Under the pieces are notes generated by a model that worked only from the letters and a program-made list of their open reading frames with translations, did not search any database and was not told the origin of the DNA. From an uncultured Acidobacteriota bacterium (GTDB lineage: Bacteria; Acidobacteriota; Thermoanaerobaculia; UBA5066; Gp7-AA6), in NCBI GenBank assembly GCA_963847075.1, contig CAWJYL010000001.1:320682-384681 (forward strand): a stretch of 64,000 nt of DNA, in the 5' to 3' direction. The position numbers were made by a program, and so were the translations under genes. Shown here piece by piece: positions 8,931-18,060 of the stretch. Every line of letters starts with the position of its first letter. Within the stretch, counting starts at the first letter, position 1.

Positions 8931-9823
8931 AGCGTAGAACCCCGGAACTTCCTAACTGTCTGGGCATTTTTCGGGAAGTCGAGCACTCTCCGGGCCGCGA
9001 GGCCGATGACGCCGGGATCCTGGAGGCGGCGGGCCTCAGACTCGAGGCCGCAGGTTCCGGGTTCGTCGACTATCGCAGGCCGGAGTCGCTCGATGGCCTC
9101 GAAGAAAGTCTGCCTTCGCTCGCCTTCTCGATGTGCGAGGGCATGGCGGCGCTCGAGCGGCTGCGCGACTGGGAGCGCCGCGGAGTCTGCGTCGTGAACA
9201 GTCCCCGCTCGGTCGTCAATACCCATCGCGAACGAACGATTCCGTTGCTCGAGAAGCTGGCAATCCCGGTGCCGGAGAGCCTCGTGCTGGACTGCGGGAG
9301 CCCCCTTCGAAGGGGCGGCGAGGAGGACAGGCTCTTCTCGGCGTGCTGGATCAAGCAGGCGAGCGAGCACAAGACGCGCGAGGGCGACGTCGTCTTCGCC
9401 ACGGACCCGGCTTCGGTCCGGAGTGCACTCGATCGGCTGCGCAGCCGGGGCCTGCCTCGCGCGGTCGTCCAGGGCCACGTGGAGGGCGACCTTCTGAAAT
9501 TCTACGGCGTCGCCGACGCCGCGGCGGCGGCCCACGACGAGACGCCTTCCGCGACCTGGTTCACGTGGTTCTACCCCCGGGAACGCCCCGTTACCGGCCA
9601 CGCCTTCGACGCCCGTGCCCTCCGCGACATCGCCTCCCGTGCCGCGGCCGCGCTCGGCCTCGATGTCTGGGGAGGCGACGCCATCGTCACACGCGAGGGC
9701 CGGATGTTCGTGATCGACATGAACGCGTGGCCAAGCTTCGCCCTGTTTCGCGAGCAGGCGGCCGATGCCATTGCTGCACACCTCTCCTCGCGACTGCGCC
9801 GACTCGCGAGCGTGGCGGTATGA
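8927..9823 (+). CDS. ATP-grasp domain ligase (RimK/D-Ala-D-Ala-ligase-like fold)
   Basis: ATGA overlap with HAD. 298 aa: LEKLAIPVPESLVL...WIKQASEHKTREGDVVFATD...VVQGHVEGDLLKFYGV...MFVIDMNAWPSFA, ATP-grasp B and C subdomain motifs. Confidence 0.75.
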   Translation: MKRRTPELPNCLGIFREVEHSPGREADDAGILEAAGLRLEAAGSGFVDYRRPESLDGLEESLPSLAFSMCEGMAALERLRDWERRGVCVVNSPRSVVNTHRERTIPLLEKLAIPVPESLVLDCGSPLRRGGEEDRLFSACWIKQASEHKTREGDVVFATDPASVRSALDRLRSRGLPRAVVQGHVEGDLLKFYGVADAAAAAHDETPSATWFTWFYPRERPVTGHAFDARALRDIASRAAAALGLDVWGGDAIVTREGRMFVIDMNAWPSFALFREQAADAIAAHLSSRLRRLASVAV

Positions 9824-11058
9824 CGCAAGCCGGGACGCTGATTCTCGCCACCGGGCCCGCGGCCCCCGGATCCCCATCGGCGGAAACGATCGTTCTCGGG
9901 TTGCCCGTCGTCCGGCGCACGGCGCTCGCGGCAGTGCGCGCGGGGTTCGATCGTGTGTACGTCCTCGGCGAAGATGCCGGAGCGGTGAACCGGGCTCTCG
10001 AGGGGACGGCTGCACGGCCCTTTCCGCGCAACCCCACCGGGTCGGAGTTGGCGCCCGGCCGGATCGTCCTGCTGCCGGATCGGGTCGTTGCGACTCCGCA
10101 ATGGCTTCGCGGCCTTCTCGAGGAGCCCGCCGAGCCGGGCCGCCTCCATCGCCTGGGTCCCGGGGCGATCGTCGAGACTTCCGAGCCGGCCCCGCTCGCG
10201 CGCGCCCTGGCGCTCCAGCCGCACCTTTCCGCCGTGATTTCCGAGTGGGCTCTGCTACTGCCTGCGGCTTCGGTCGCCTCTCTGCCCGCCCCCATGCCGC
10301 TTCCCCCGGACCTCGCGGGAGCGGAGAGTCTTCTCCTGAAGAGCGTCGTGAAGAAGGAGGACGGAGTCCTCACGCGGCTCATCAGCCGGAAGATCTCGCT
10401 TGCGGTGACCCGGCGGCTCGCCAGGACCCGCGTGACCCCCAACGTCATGACGATCGTGTGCGTCGCACTCGGACTGGCGGCGGCGTGGTCCTTCGCCTCT
10501 CCGGCGCTGTCCCGCCAGATCGCGGGCGGAACGCTCTTCCTTCTCCACTCGATCCTCGACGGCTGCGACGGCGAGCTCGCACGGCTCAAGTTCCAGGAGT
10601 CCCGCCTGGGCGGCATCCTCGACTTCTGGGGAGACAACGTCGTGCACGTTTCCGTCTTCTCCGCGTTTGCGCTCGCCTGGAGCTCCGCGTGCGGAGAATC
10701 GTGGCCGCTCGTCCTCGGGGCCGTGGCCGTTGCCGGAACGATTCTTTCGGCCGGCTTCGTCTACCTCTATGCGATGCGGCCAAGGGCTGGCTGGAAAACC
10801 CGCCTGACGGCCGCCTCGCCGTCGCGCCGGTCACGCATGGCGCTGGTCCTGGACGCCGTGTCCGGTCGCGATTTCATCTACGTCGTGATGGTCCTCGCCG
10901 TCTTCGGCAAGGCCTACTGGTTTCTGGCAGCGGCATGCCTGGGAACGCCGGGGTTCTTCGTGGCCGCGGTCGTCGCCGCGCTCGGCACCCGCAGGCTTCC
11001 GGGCGCAGAGCCGCCCCTGTCACCGGCCGGGCAATCGAGCTCCCCGTCCCTTCCGTAG
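9820..11058 (+). CDS. Two-domain protein: N-terminal nucleotidyltransferase-like domain fused to a C-terminal CDP-alcohol phosphatidyltransferase membrane domain (IPCT/DIPPS-like architecture)
   Basis: ATGA overlap at 9820-9823. 413 aa. C-terminal domain has a perfect CDP-OH_P_transf motif, DGELARLKFQESRLGGILDFWGD, which is D-G-x2-A-R-x8-G-x3-D-x3-D, within about 6 TM helices. The N-terminal ~190 aa (TLILATGPAAPGS...VVRRTALAAVRAGFDRVYVLGE) resembles a sugar/alcohol-phosphate nucleotidyltransferase. The track ORF from 9133 has a low-complexity out-of-frame lead. Confidence 0.75.
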   Translation: MTQAGTLILATGPAAPGSPSAETIVLGLPVVRRTALAAVRAGFDRVYVLGEDAGAVNRALEGTAARPFPRNPTGSELAPGRIVLLPDRVVATPQWLRGLLEEPAEPGRLHRLGPGAIVETSEPAPLARALALQPHLSAVISEWALLLPAASVASLPAPMPLPPDLAGAESLLLKSVVKKEDGVLTRLISRKISLAVTRRLARTRVTPNVMTIVCVALGLAAAWSFASPALSRQIAGGTLFLLHSILDGCDGELARLKFQESRLGGILDFWGDNVVHVSVFSAFALAWSSACGESWPLVLGAVAVAGTILSAGFVYLYAMRPRAGWKTRLTAASPSRRSRMALVLDAVSGRDFIYVVMVLAVFGKAYWFLAAACLGTPGFFVAAVVAALGTRRLPGAEPPLSPAGQSSSPSLP

Positions 11059-11077
11059 GCGCTATCCCGCACCGGGG

Positions 11078-12238
11078 TCAGTATTGGTAGTAGTGGTACG
11101 GGGCGCCCGGGCCATACCACTTGTGATTCTTGAAGTTGTAGTAGATGCCGGCCTGCGTGTAGGGAATCCGAAAGAAATTGAAGAAGGCCATGATGCCCTT
11201 GCCCCACCAGGTCGTTTCCGGCACCCCCAGGGCTCTGGCGATTTCCGCAAAATTGAGCCCGAGCTCGACACCCACTTCCTGGTAGCGCGTCGGCAACGGC
11301 GGATCGTAGCCGAAGCCCTTGGTGAAAAAGGCAAACGACGTCAGGAAATACCTGGCGATGCCGGGCTTCCCGTGGAGACGCGTGATGAGCCCACCGAGCT
11401 TGAGATCCGCGACGTAGATCTCGTCCGAGTAGCTCCGGCCGAGCGACGGCTGGCTCGAGCCGATGGCTGCGGCGGGAATATCCGTGTACGCGTCGCCGAG
11501 CCGCAGCCCGACCAGATCCTGCAGGCAGTTGCGCTGAATCAGCAGCCCGGCCGTCGCACCCAGGATGTCGACCGTCAGGTCCTGCCACGACCATCCGTAT
11601 ACCGTGACCGCGTCGCCCGTCTCGACGAACATTCCCGCCAGGACCGTCGTGGCGAGGGCCAGGGTGAAGGACTGGTCCATCGTATGCCCCTGCGTCTGGT
11701 ACACCTCGAAGAGCAGGCGCGAGACCCCGCTCGAGACAGTGAAGTGCGACGCCTTGTCCGCGCCGCCGGCATAGGTGTCGTACTGGAACCATTTTTCGTC
11801 GGTGAAGTGCCAGGGCTGTGTGCCGTATTGAAGCGGAGCGCCGATCCCCTGGAGCATACCGCCGAGCAGCGCGCCGACTGTCCAGAGGGTCGTACCCGTG
11901 GTGAAGAGCTTCTTCGGGGGCGGTGGCGAGGCGGGAGGGGCGGGTTCCTGCGAACCCACGGTGTCGGACGGCGCCGCAGTCTCCGCGTCCGAGTCGTCCT
12001 CGCTGCCCCCCCCAATCCAGGGATACGAATGCTCGAGGTCGAGGAGGCCGAGCCCCGGCTCGCCCTCGAAACGGACGTCGGCATGGTAGTGCGGGCGGGG
12101 CGGGGACGCCGGGAAAAGGCGGAACTCCTCGGCTTTCGCGCCGAAGGTGACCGCGCCGAGAGCGGCTGCGAGCAGCATCGCCCGTCGGAACCGCGCTTCG
12201 CGCGGCGTGGCCGCGCCCCCAATCCTGAAACAATTCAT
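11078..12238 (-). CDS. Hypothetical secreted (periplasmic/outer-membrane) protein
   Basis: Start taken at MNCFRIGGAATPREARFRRAMLLAAALGAVTFGAKA, a signal peptide. An acidic/Pro-rich linker is followed by a ~300 aa aromatic-rich globular domain ending ...GPGAPYHYYQY. No family assigned. Confidence 0.55.
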   Translation of the reverse strand: MNCFRIGGAATPREARFRRAMLLAAALGAVTFGAKAEEFRLFPASPPRPHYHADVRFEGEPGLGLLDLEHSYPWIGGGSEDDSDAETAAPSDTVGSQEPAPPASPPPPKKLFTTGTTLWTVGALLGGMLQGIGAPLQYGTQPWHFTDEKWFQYDTYAGGADKASHFTVSSGVSRLLFEVYQTQGHTMDQSFTLALATTVLAGMFVETGDAVTVYGWSWQDLTVDILGATAGLLIQRNCLQDLVGLRLGDAYTDIPAAAIGSSQPSLGRSYSDEIYVADLKLGGLITRLHGKPGIARYFLTSFAFFTKGFGYDPPLPTRYQEVGVELGLNFAEIARALGVPETTWWGKGIMAFFNFFRIPYTQAGIYYNFKNHKWYGPGAPYHYYQY

Positions 12239-12513
12239 GACTCTGTTATTTAGGGACGCCGCATTATCTCCAAATCGGAGATTGCCGCAAGGCGGTCGAT
12301 TCTGACCGTCCGCTCGGCGCCCCCTTGCGTTGAGAATAGGATTCGAGGTCTTCGCAATGGCGACACAACGGTGGCCAGAGGCGCTGTTTTCGGCGAGAGG
12401 CCGACGTCGGGCGCGCAACACTCCGCGCCCGACGGTCGAGTAGCGCCCTGACGGGGCGTTCCGCGATCCCGCAGCCGGTCGAGGCCGGAAGCCAGATTCC
12501 CGCGTTAACGGGA

Positions 12514-13632
12514 GTGCGGGCCCTGGCGGCCTTTCTCGTTTTTTTTCACCACCACCCCACCCGGTGGCTGGAAGCCGGGCCGCTGATTCTCTGGTGGGAG
12601 CTGCACATCGGGGTCACTCTGTTCTTCGTCCTGAGCGGGTTCGTCATAACCTGGCGATACGAACGGCAGGCCCAGGCCCCCGGCTCGTACCTCCGAAACT
12701 ATTTCGTCAACCGGTTCGCGCGGATCTATCCCCTCTACTTTGCCCTCGTCGTTCCGACGATGCTTCTCTGGGGCGAGCGCTCTCCGCGCGTCTGGTTCTG
12801 GAATCTGACGGTCTTCTCCTGCTTTCACTCTGGAATCCCGCAGGCCTGGTCGCTGAGGGTCGAGGAGTGCTTCTACCTCTGCGCCCCGCTCGTGTTTCTC
12901 GCGTGGCGCCGGCACCCGGCCCTTCCCCTCGGCATCGCGGCGGTCGTTCTCGCGAGCCTCTATCCCGTTGCGAGCCTCCCGGCAGCGGACGGAACGCTCG
13001 GCCCGCCGCGGGATCTCCTGCTTTACACCTTCCCCGGGCGTTTCTTCGAGTTCTATGTCGGCATGGCGCTCGCGCGTCGCGTCATGGCCGCCGGTACGCG
13101 TCGTCGCGCTTCACGCCCATTCCCCCTCTTCACACTGGCAGGTGCGGCCGGCATCGGGGCCATCGTCATGACTCTGGCCGCCATCCATGCCTCGGCACCG
13201 GGCGCGTATACCTACGGCCTGTATCACCCCGCCGGGATCGTCCTGAACAACCTCGTTCTGCCGCTCTTCATCGCCGCGTTCTACTGGGGACTCATCCACG
13301 AGCGCTCGTGGCTCCAGCGCGCGCTCTCCGGAAAGACCGCCAGCCTGCTCGGTCGGAGCTCCTACGCCTTCTACCTCATCCACCTCGGGGCACTGCGCGA
13401 CTACCTGCTTGGACTTCTGGTCCTCGCTGCAAGCTTGCTGGGGCCCGGTGCGACAGCTGCGGCCACCCGGTTGACCCACCATATCGGAGGGCTCTTCCTC
13501 TGCGTCAACCTGCTCGCGATCCTGCTTTACAAGGGTGTGGAAGCTCCGGCGAACCGCTTCTTGCGCCGGCGCTTCGCGTTGACACCGGGCCGCCACGAGC
13601 CATCGACGGATGGCGTAGGCGCTACCCCTTAG
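12514..13632 (+). CDS. Acyltransferase family 3 (OafA/OpgC-like membrane O-acyltransferase)
   Basis: 372 aa with about 10 TM helices. N-terminal (LTG)VRALAAFLVFFHH and WWELHIGVTLFFVLSGFVIT are acyltransferase_3 hallmarks. The conserved N-terminus appears to begin a few codons upstream of the first canonical start (GTG 12514). Confidence 0.75.
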   Translation: MRALAAFLVFFHHHPTRWLEAGPLILWWELHIGVTLFFVLSGFVITWRYERQAQAPGSYLRNYFVNRFARIYPLYFALVVPTMLLWGERSPRVWFWNLTVFSCFHSGIPQAWSLRVEECFYLCAPLVFLAWRRHPALPLGIAAVVLASLYPVASLPAADGTLGPPRDLLLYTFPGRFFEFYVGMALARRVMAAGTRRRASRPFPLFTLAGAAGIGAIVMTLAAIHASAPGAYTYGLYHPAGIVLNNLVLPLFIAAFYWGLIHERSWLQRALSGKTASLLGRSSYAFYLIHLGALRDYLLGLLVLAASLLGPGATAAATRLTHHIGGLFLCVNLLAILLYKGVEAPANRFLRRRFALTPGRHEPSTDGVGATP

Positions 13633-15406
13633 AACGCCTTGACGCGGGCACAGACCCTCCCCTGCTCATGAGCCGCGGAATGAGCAAGAGCGCGCCGCCG
13701 TAGAAAACGAATGCGACGAAGAGGGTCATCGGAGTGCCGGACGGAAGATCCTCGATGAGAAGCTTGACCCCGCCGATGACGAGTGCGAGATAAGCAAGCG
13801 TTCGGAGCTCTCTGCGCGACGTCACGCGCCACAGGCGGGCGAGCGCGTAGGCGGAGACGCTCACCACGACGGTGCGCAGAGCCGGAAGGGGCGCGGCGAG
13901 GAGAGCGGCTGCCGGACGGCGAAGGCCGAGTACGGCCACCGCGCCGAGCCCGATCGCGGAGAAGAGAGCCGCGGTGAAGGCGGGAAGAGGGCCCGCTGCC
14001 GGCGGCTGCCAGATCAGCAGGCCGGCGACCCCGGCAGCCGCTGCGAGCGTCAGGAGGGCCGGAGCGTCGACGGGGGCCAGGGCGTTCTCGGGAGCGCCAA
14101 AGGCGAAGAGGGACGTCCTCAGCATGCCCGAGGCCAACATGGCCGCTGTCGCGAAGACGGCTGCCTGCGGCTGAAGGATCACAGGCTCGAAGCGTAGGCT
14201 GGCGGCTGCCACGACGAGCCCGAGCAGAGCCCACAACAGCGCTGGTGCCGGCGCCCGCAGAAGACCGTCGCTCCCGATGACGACGAGCGCGAGCCCGAAC
14301 CAGGCCCAGTAGAGCCGGCCTACCCGCGTTCCCGGCTCGCGCTCGCGACGAAAGGCGAGCGCATAGCTGCCGGCACCGCATGCGAGTGCCGCTGCGGCCA
14401 GAAGCGCCGTATTGCCTCCGGCCGCCCGTATCAGACCCAGGGCACCGCGGAGGCCGACCGCGAGCGCCAGAATGGCCTGCGCGATCGCGACGCCCGAGAC
14501 CTGAGGATGTCCGAGGAGAGTGCGCAACAGGATGCTGCCCGGCCAGAGGATCACGAGCCCGAGCGCGAGGGCAATCGGGAGAAGAGAACCGGTTGCCTCC
14601 GTCGGCGCCGGCCCCAATGCGCTCGCGGTCGCCCACAGCGAGAGGCCCACGGCGCAGAGAGTCGGAGGCCACGGAAGAAGCTGCCAGGTCCAGCGGTCCG
14701 GGCGCCATGACGCGGCTGCCGAGAGCCCGAGGAGCAGAAGACCGGCCGGTGCCGGCTGTCCCGTGTTGACCGCGAGGTACACCCCCGTTGCGCACGCCGC
14801 GAGCGTGGTCGTCCAGGCGATCGCGGGGAGATCGTCGCGCCGGGCGAGCGCAAGCCCGAACCCGGTTGCGAGCGCGAGAATGGCAAGGCCCGCGCCGACC
14901 GAGAAGATCGCGAAGCGCGTCGTGGTCTCGGCCACGATCGCGTCCGCGATGAAGACCCCCGTCGAACCCAGAAAAGCGGCAGTCAATCGGTTGCCGCGGG
15001 CTGCGGCGCGGTCCGCGACGACGATTATCCCCAGCGCGTAGGCCAGGCCGAGAGCGACGCCGGGAGCGGTCGCCATCGCTCCCCGGTCCGTCATGGCCCG
15101 CACGAGAAAAGCGCCGGCGAGCGTGAGGACGGTCCAGCCCGTCCGGGCGAGAACCTCGAGCGCGAGCGTGGAGGCCCCCGATCGAGCCGACGCCGGCTCC
15201 ACCGGGCTCTCGAGCTCGGGGGAGACGGCGTCCTGTGGCGCGTGCCCCGCAACGGTCCCGGCCGGGCCCTTCGGCCCTTCGCGCAGGGCTTCCTCGATCC
15301 TCCCGACTCTTCTCTCGAGCTCGGAAAGGCGATCCTCCTGCGATGGCGGCCCGGGAAATTGCGCGGTCACTGAAAACAGCCTCGCCTCAGAGCGGCGCCT
15401 CGACAA
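13622..15406 (-). CDS. Large polytopic membrane protein, DUF2339-like (N-terminal coiled-coil then many TM helices)
   Basis: 594 aa. N-terminal RLSELERRVGRIEEALRE is followed by more than 12 Ala/Leu/Gly-rich hydrophobic segments. Codon third positions are consistent with coding. The opposite-strand track ORFs are low complexity. Confidence 0.6.
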   Translation of the reverse strand: MSRRRSEARLFSVTAQFPGPPSQEDRLSELERRVGRIEEALREGPKGPAGTVAGHAPQDAVSPELESPVEPASARSGASTLALEVLARTGWTVLTLAGAFLVRAMTDRGAMATAPGVALGLAYALGIIVVADRAAARGNRLTAAFLGSTGVFIADAIVAETTTRFAIFSVGAGLAILALATGFGLALARRDDLPAIAWTTTLAACATGVYLAVNTGQPAPAGLLLLGLSAAASWRPDRWTWQLLPWPPTLCAVGLSLWATASALGPAPTEATGSLLPIALALGLVILWPGSILLRTLLGHPQVSGVAIAQAILALAVGLRGALGLIRAAGGNTALLAAAALACGAGSYALAFRREREPGTRVGRLYWAWFGLALVVIGSDGLLRAPAPALLWALLGLVVAAASLRFEPVILQPQAAVFATAAMLASGMLRTSLFAFGAPENALAPVDAPALLTLAAAAGVAGLLIWQPPAAGPLPAFTAALFSAIGLGAVAVLGLRRPAAALLAAPLPALRTVVVSVSAYALARLWRVTSRRELRTLAYLALVIGGVKLLIEDLPSGTPMTLFVAFVFYGGALLLIPRLMSRGGSVPASRRSKG

Positions 15407-15497
15407 GATACAAAAGAATCAGGCCCCGTCCGTCGGCCACGGGCTCACGGCGGCCTGTGATACGAATACGAGGGCTTCTCAAGTCGAGGAGGCTTCC

Positions 15498-17942
15498 ATG
15501 CGCGGGTTTCTTCGCCTCGCCCTTTCCACCGTAATTCTGGCGGCCGCCCTGGGGGCGTGGATCGCCTTCGCGCAGGCTCCCCCTGCCGACACCGGCGAAT
15601 ACCAGGGCGATCTCGAGTGGCCGCGTGTCATCCGGGACGGCGGCGTCACCTTCACGGTCTACACACCGCAAATCGACAGGTTCGACGGCACGGTTCTGGA
15701 AGCGCGCGCCGCCGTCCAGGTCGAGACCCCCGTCGGAGAGAAGACGCAAACGGCCTACGGCGTCATCTGGATCACGGCCAACGCTTTTATCGACAAGGAG
15801 ACCCAACTCGTTCAGCTCGACGACATCCAGGTCACGAAGGCGAACTTCCCGACAGCGGGCGACAAGACCCCGCAGTACCTGGACGTGTTCCGGCGCAACG
15901 TCGAGGCGGGGCGCACGATCTCCCTCGCGCGCATCGAGGCGAACCTCGCCGTCGCACAGGCGGACAAGAAGGGCAACGCCGTGCCTCTCAAGAACGACCC
16001 GCCGAGGATCTACTACCGCACTTCTCCGGCGATTCTCGTCATGATCGACGGAGACCCCGTCCTTCGGCCCGTCGAGGGGTCGGGGCTTCAGCGCATTCTC
16101 AACACCCGCAGCCTGATCCTGCTCGACGGAGAGTCCTCTTTCATGCCACTGGCCGACCGCTGGCTCACGGCGCCCACCGCCACGGGCCCCTGGCGCCTCG
16201 CCACGAGCGTTCCCTCCAGTGCCCGGGCCACCCGTGACGCGATCGCCAAAGACGAGAATCAGTCCCAGACCGAGCTCCTCGAGGAGCCCGGCGACGAAGT
16301 CCTGCGGCTGCTCGCGGCGGGCAAGATCCCCGACGTCATCGTCAGCACGGTTCCCGCGGAGCTCATCGTGACCGAGGGCGCTCCCGACATGAAGCCGATC
16401 GCGGGAACGCAGCTCCTCTACGTCACCAACACCACGGGAGACATCCTCCTCGATCTGAACGACCAGAGTTACTACGTTCCCCTGACCGGCCGCTGGTTTC
16501 GGGGAAAGTCGCTCGACGGCCCGTGGCAGTTCGTGGATGGCGAAGCGCTCCCGAAGGACTTCGCCAGAATTCCCGAAAACAACCCGAAGTCGAGCGTTCT
16601 CGCCACCGTACCGGGCACACCGGCCGCGCAGGAGGCCGTCATCGCCAACAGCATTCCGCAGACCGCGGAGGTCAATCGCGAGGAGGCGAAGTTCGAAGCC
16701 CGGTACGACGGCGAGCCGAAGTTCGAGCCGGTCCCGGACACACCGCTTCAATACGCGGCGAACACTCCGGTTCCGGTCATCCAGGTCGACCCGACCACCT
16801 ACTACGCCGTTCAAACGGGGGTGTGGTTCACGGGTGGCTCTCCCTACGGGCCCTGGCTCGTCGCGACGTCGGTTCCATCCGCGATCTACGCGATACCCAC
16901 GGCCTCGCCGATTCACTATGTCACCTACGTCCGCATCTATCGGTACAGCCCGACCTATGTCTGGGTCGGTTACACGCCGGGCTATCTCGGCACCTGCTAT
17001 TCGCCCTGGGGGACCGTCGTCTACGGCACCGGCTGGTACTACCGGCCCTGGATCGGAACCTACTGGTACGGCGCTCCGATGACGTGGGGCTTCGGCGTTG
17101 GCATCAGCTGGAATCCCTGGTACGGCTGGAACGTCGGATTCGGCTGGGGCGGCTACCGTCCGATCTACCGCCCCTACTGGGGCCCCTACTACGGCTACCA
17201 CCCGCGGCCGGGAACGGGATGGTACGGGCGCACCCCCGGGCCGGGCCGGCCCACGCCGTATGGCGGGCGGCCGGGCGTGAGCATCTCCAACATCAACGTC
17301 TACAACCGGCCCGGCATCGCGCGCCCCGGCGTGCGCCCCGCTCCGCGGCCGGCTCCGGTGTCCGCGGTCCGACCCGCACCGTCGACCCGGCCGGCAACCG
17401 GCACGGGGCGGCCAACGACCACAGGACCTTCGACGCGGCCCGCGCCCGGCACGGGCCCATCCAGGCAGCCGGCACCCGGGACGACGAATCCCGCGACCCG
17501 GCCGGCGCCCTCGCGCCCGGATAACGTGTATGCCGGCAAGGACGGGAACGTCTATCGCCCCAGGCCGAGCGGCGGATGGGAAACGAACGAGAACGGCAAG
17601 TGGAAACCCGTGGACGCTCCGGCGCGGCCGGGCAAACCGGACCAGCGACCGGCACCGCAGCCCGAGTCGCGGCCGGCACAGGGCGCCCGACCCGCTCCGA
17701 TGCCCGAGACTCGTCCCGCCCAGCCCCAGGGGCGCCCGGCCCCGCAGACCCGGCCAGCGCCGAGCCGCCCGACAGTGGACCCGGGCACGATCAACCAGCT
17801 CTCCCGGGACCAAAAGGGCCGGGACATGGGCAACATGCGCGCAAACCCGCAACCGCAGCAGCGGACGGCGCCGGCCCCGCGCCCGGCCCCACAGAAGCCG
17901 GCGCCACAGAAGCCGCCGCCACAACCGAAGAAACCGAACTAG
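15498..17942 (+). CDS. Secreted protein with a ~530 aa globular region, a Tyr/Trp/Gly-rich segment and a Pro-rich RPAP-repeat C-terminal tail
   Basis: ATG 15498 with GAGGAGG 6 nt upstream. Signal peptide MRGFLRLALSTVILAAALGAWIAFAQA. Residues about 560-660 are YRYSPTYVWVGYTPGYLGTCYSPWGTVVYGTGWYYRPWIGTYWYGAPMTWGFGVGISWNPWYGWNVGFGWGGYRPIYRPYWGPYYGY. Then about 230 aa of RPAP/RPAPxxG repeats ending QKPPPQPKKPN. The track ORF from 15093 is a read-through artifact antisense to the upstream gene. Confidence 0.7.
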   Translation: MRGFLRLALSTVILAAALGAWIAFAQAPPADTGEYQGDLEWPRVIRDGGVTFTVYTPQIDRFDGTVLEARAAVQVETPVGEKTQTAYGVIWITANAFIDKETQLVQLDDIQVTKANFPTAGDKTPQYLDVFRRNVEAGRTISLARIEANLAVAQADKKGNAVPLKNDPPRIYYRTSPAILVMIDGDPVLRPVEGSGLQRILNTRSLILLDGESSFMPLADRWLTAPTATGPWRLATSVPSSARATRDAIAKDENQSQTELLEEPGDEVLRLLAAGKIPDVIVSTVPAELIVTEGAPDMKPIAGTQLLYVTNTTGDILLDLNDQSYYVPLTGRWFRGKSLDGPWQFVDGEALPKDFARIPENNPKSSVLATVPGTPAAQEAVIANSIPQTAEVNREEAKFEARYDGEPKFEPVPDTPLQYAANTPVPVIQVDPTTYYAVQTGVWFTGGSPYGPWLVATSVPSAIYAIPTASPIHYVTYVRIYRYSPTYVWVGYTPGYLGTCYSPWGTVVYGTGWYYRPWIGTYWYGAPMTWGFGVGISWNPWYGWNVGFGWGGYRPIYRPYWGPYYGYHPRPGTGWYGRTPGPGRPTPYGGRPGVSISNINVYNRPGIARPGVRPAPRPAPVSAVRPAPSTRPATGTGRPTTTGPSTRPAPGTGPSRQPAPGTTNPATRPAPSRPDNVYAGKDGNVYRPRPSGGWETNENGKWKPVDAPARPGKPDQRPAPQPESRPAQGARPAPMPETRPAQPQGRPAPQTRPAPSRPTVDPGTINQLSRDQKGRDMGNMRANPQPQQRTAPAPRPAPQKPAPQKPPPQPKKPN

Positions 17943-18060
17943 CCTCGCATGGGTATTGGGACTCGCCGCTCGTGGCCTCGGCTGCGTCCGCTGGCTCGAA
18001 CCCGTCGGCGGCGAGTTCGAGATGAAAAGCAACGGAGCTGACGGCTCCAAGGGAGGAAAC

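Noticed and set aside
17280-17900. Possible separate collagen-like or second gene in the Pro-rich tail region
   Set aside because: The reading frame is continuous from the 15498 start with no internal stop. The repeats are RPAP-type, not Gly-X-Y. It is treated as one protein.
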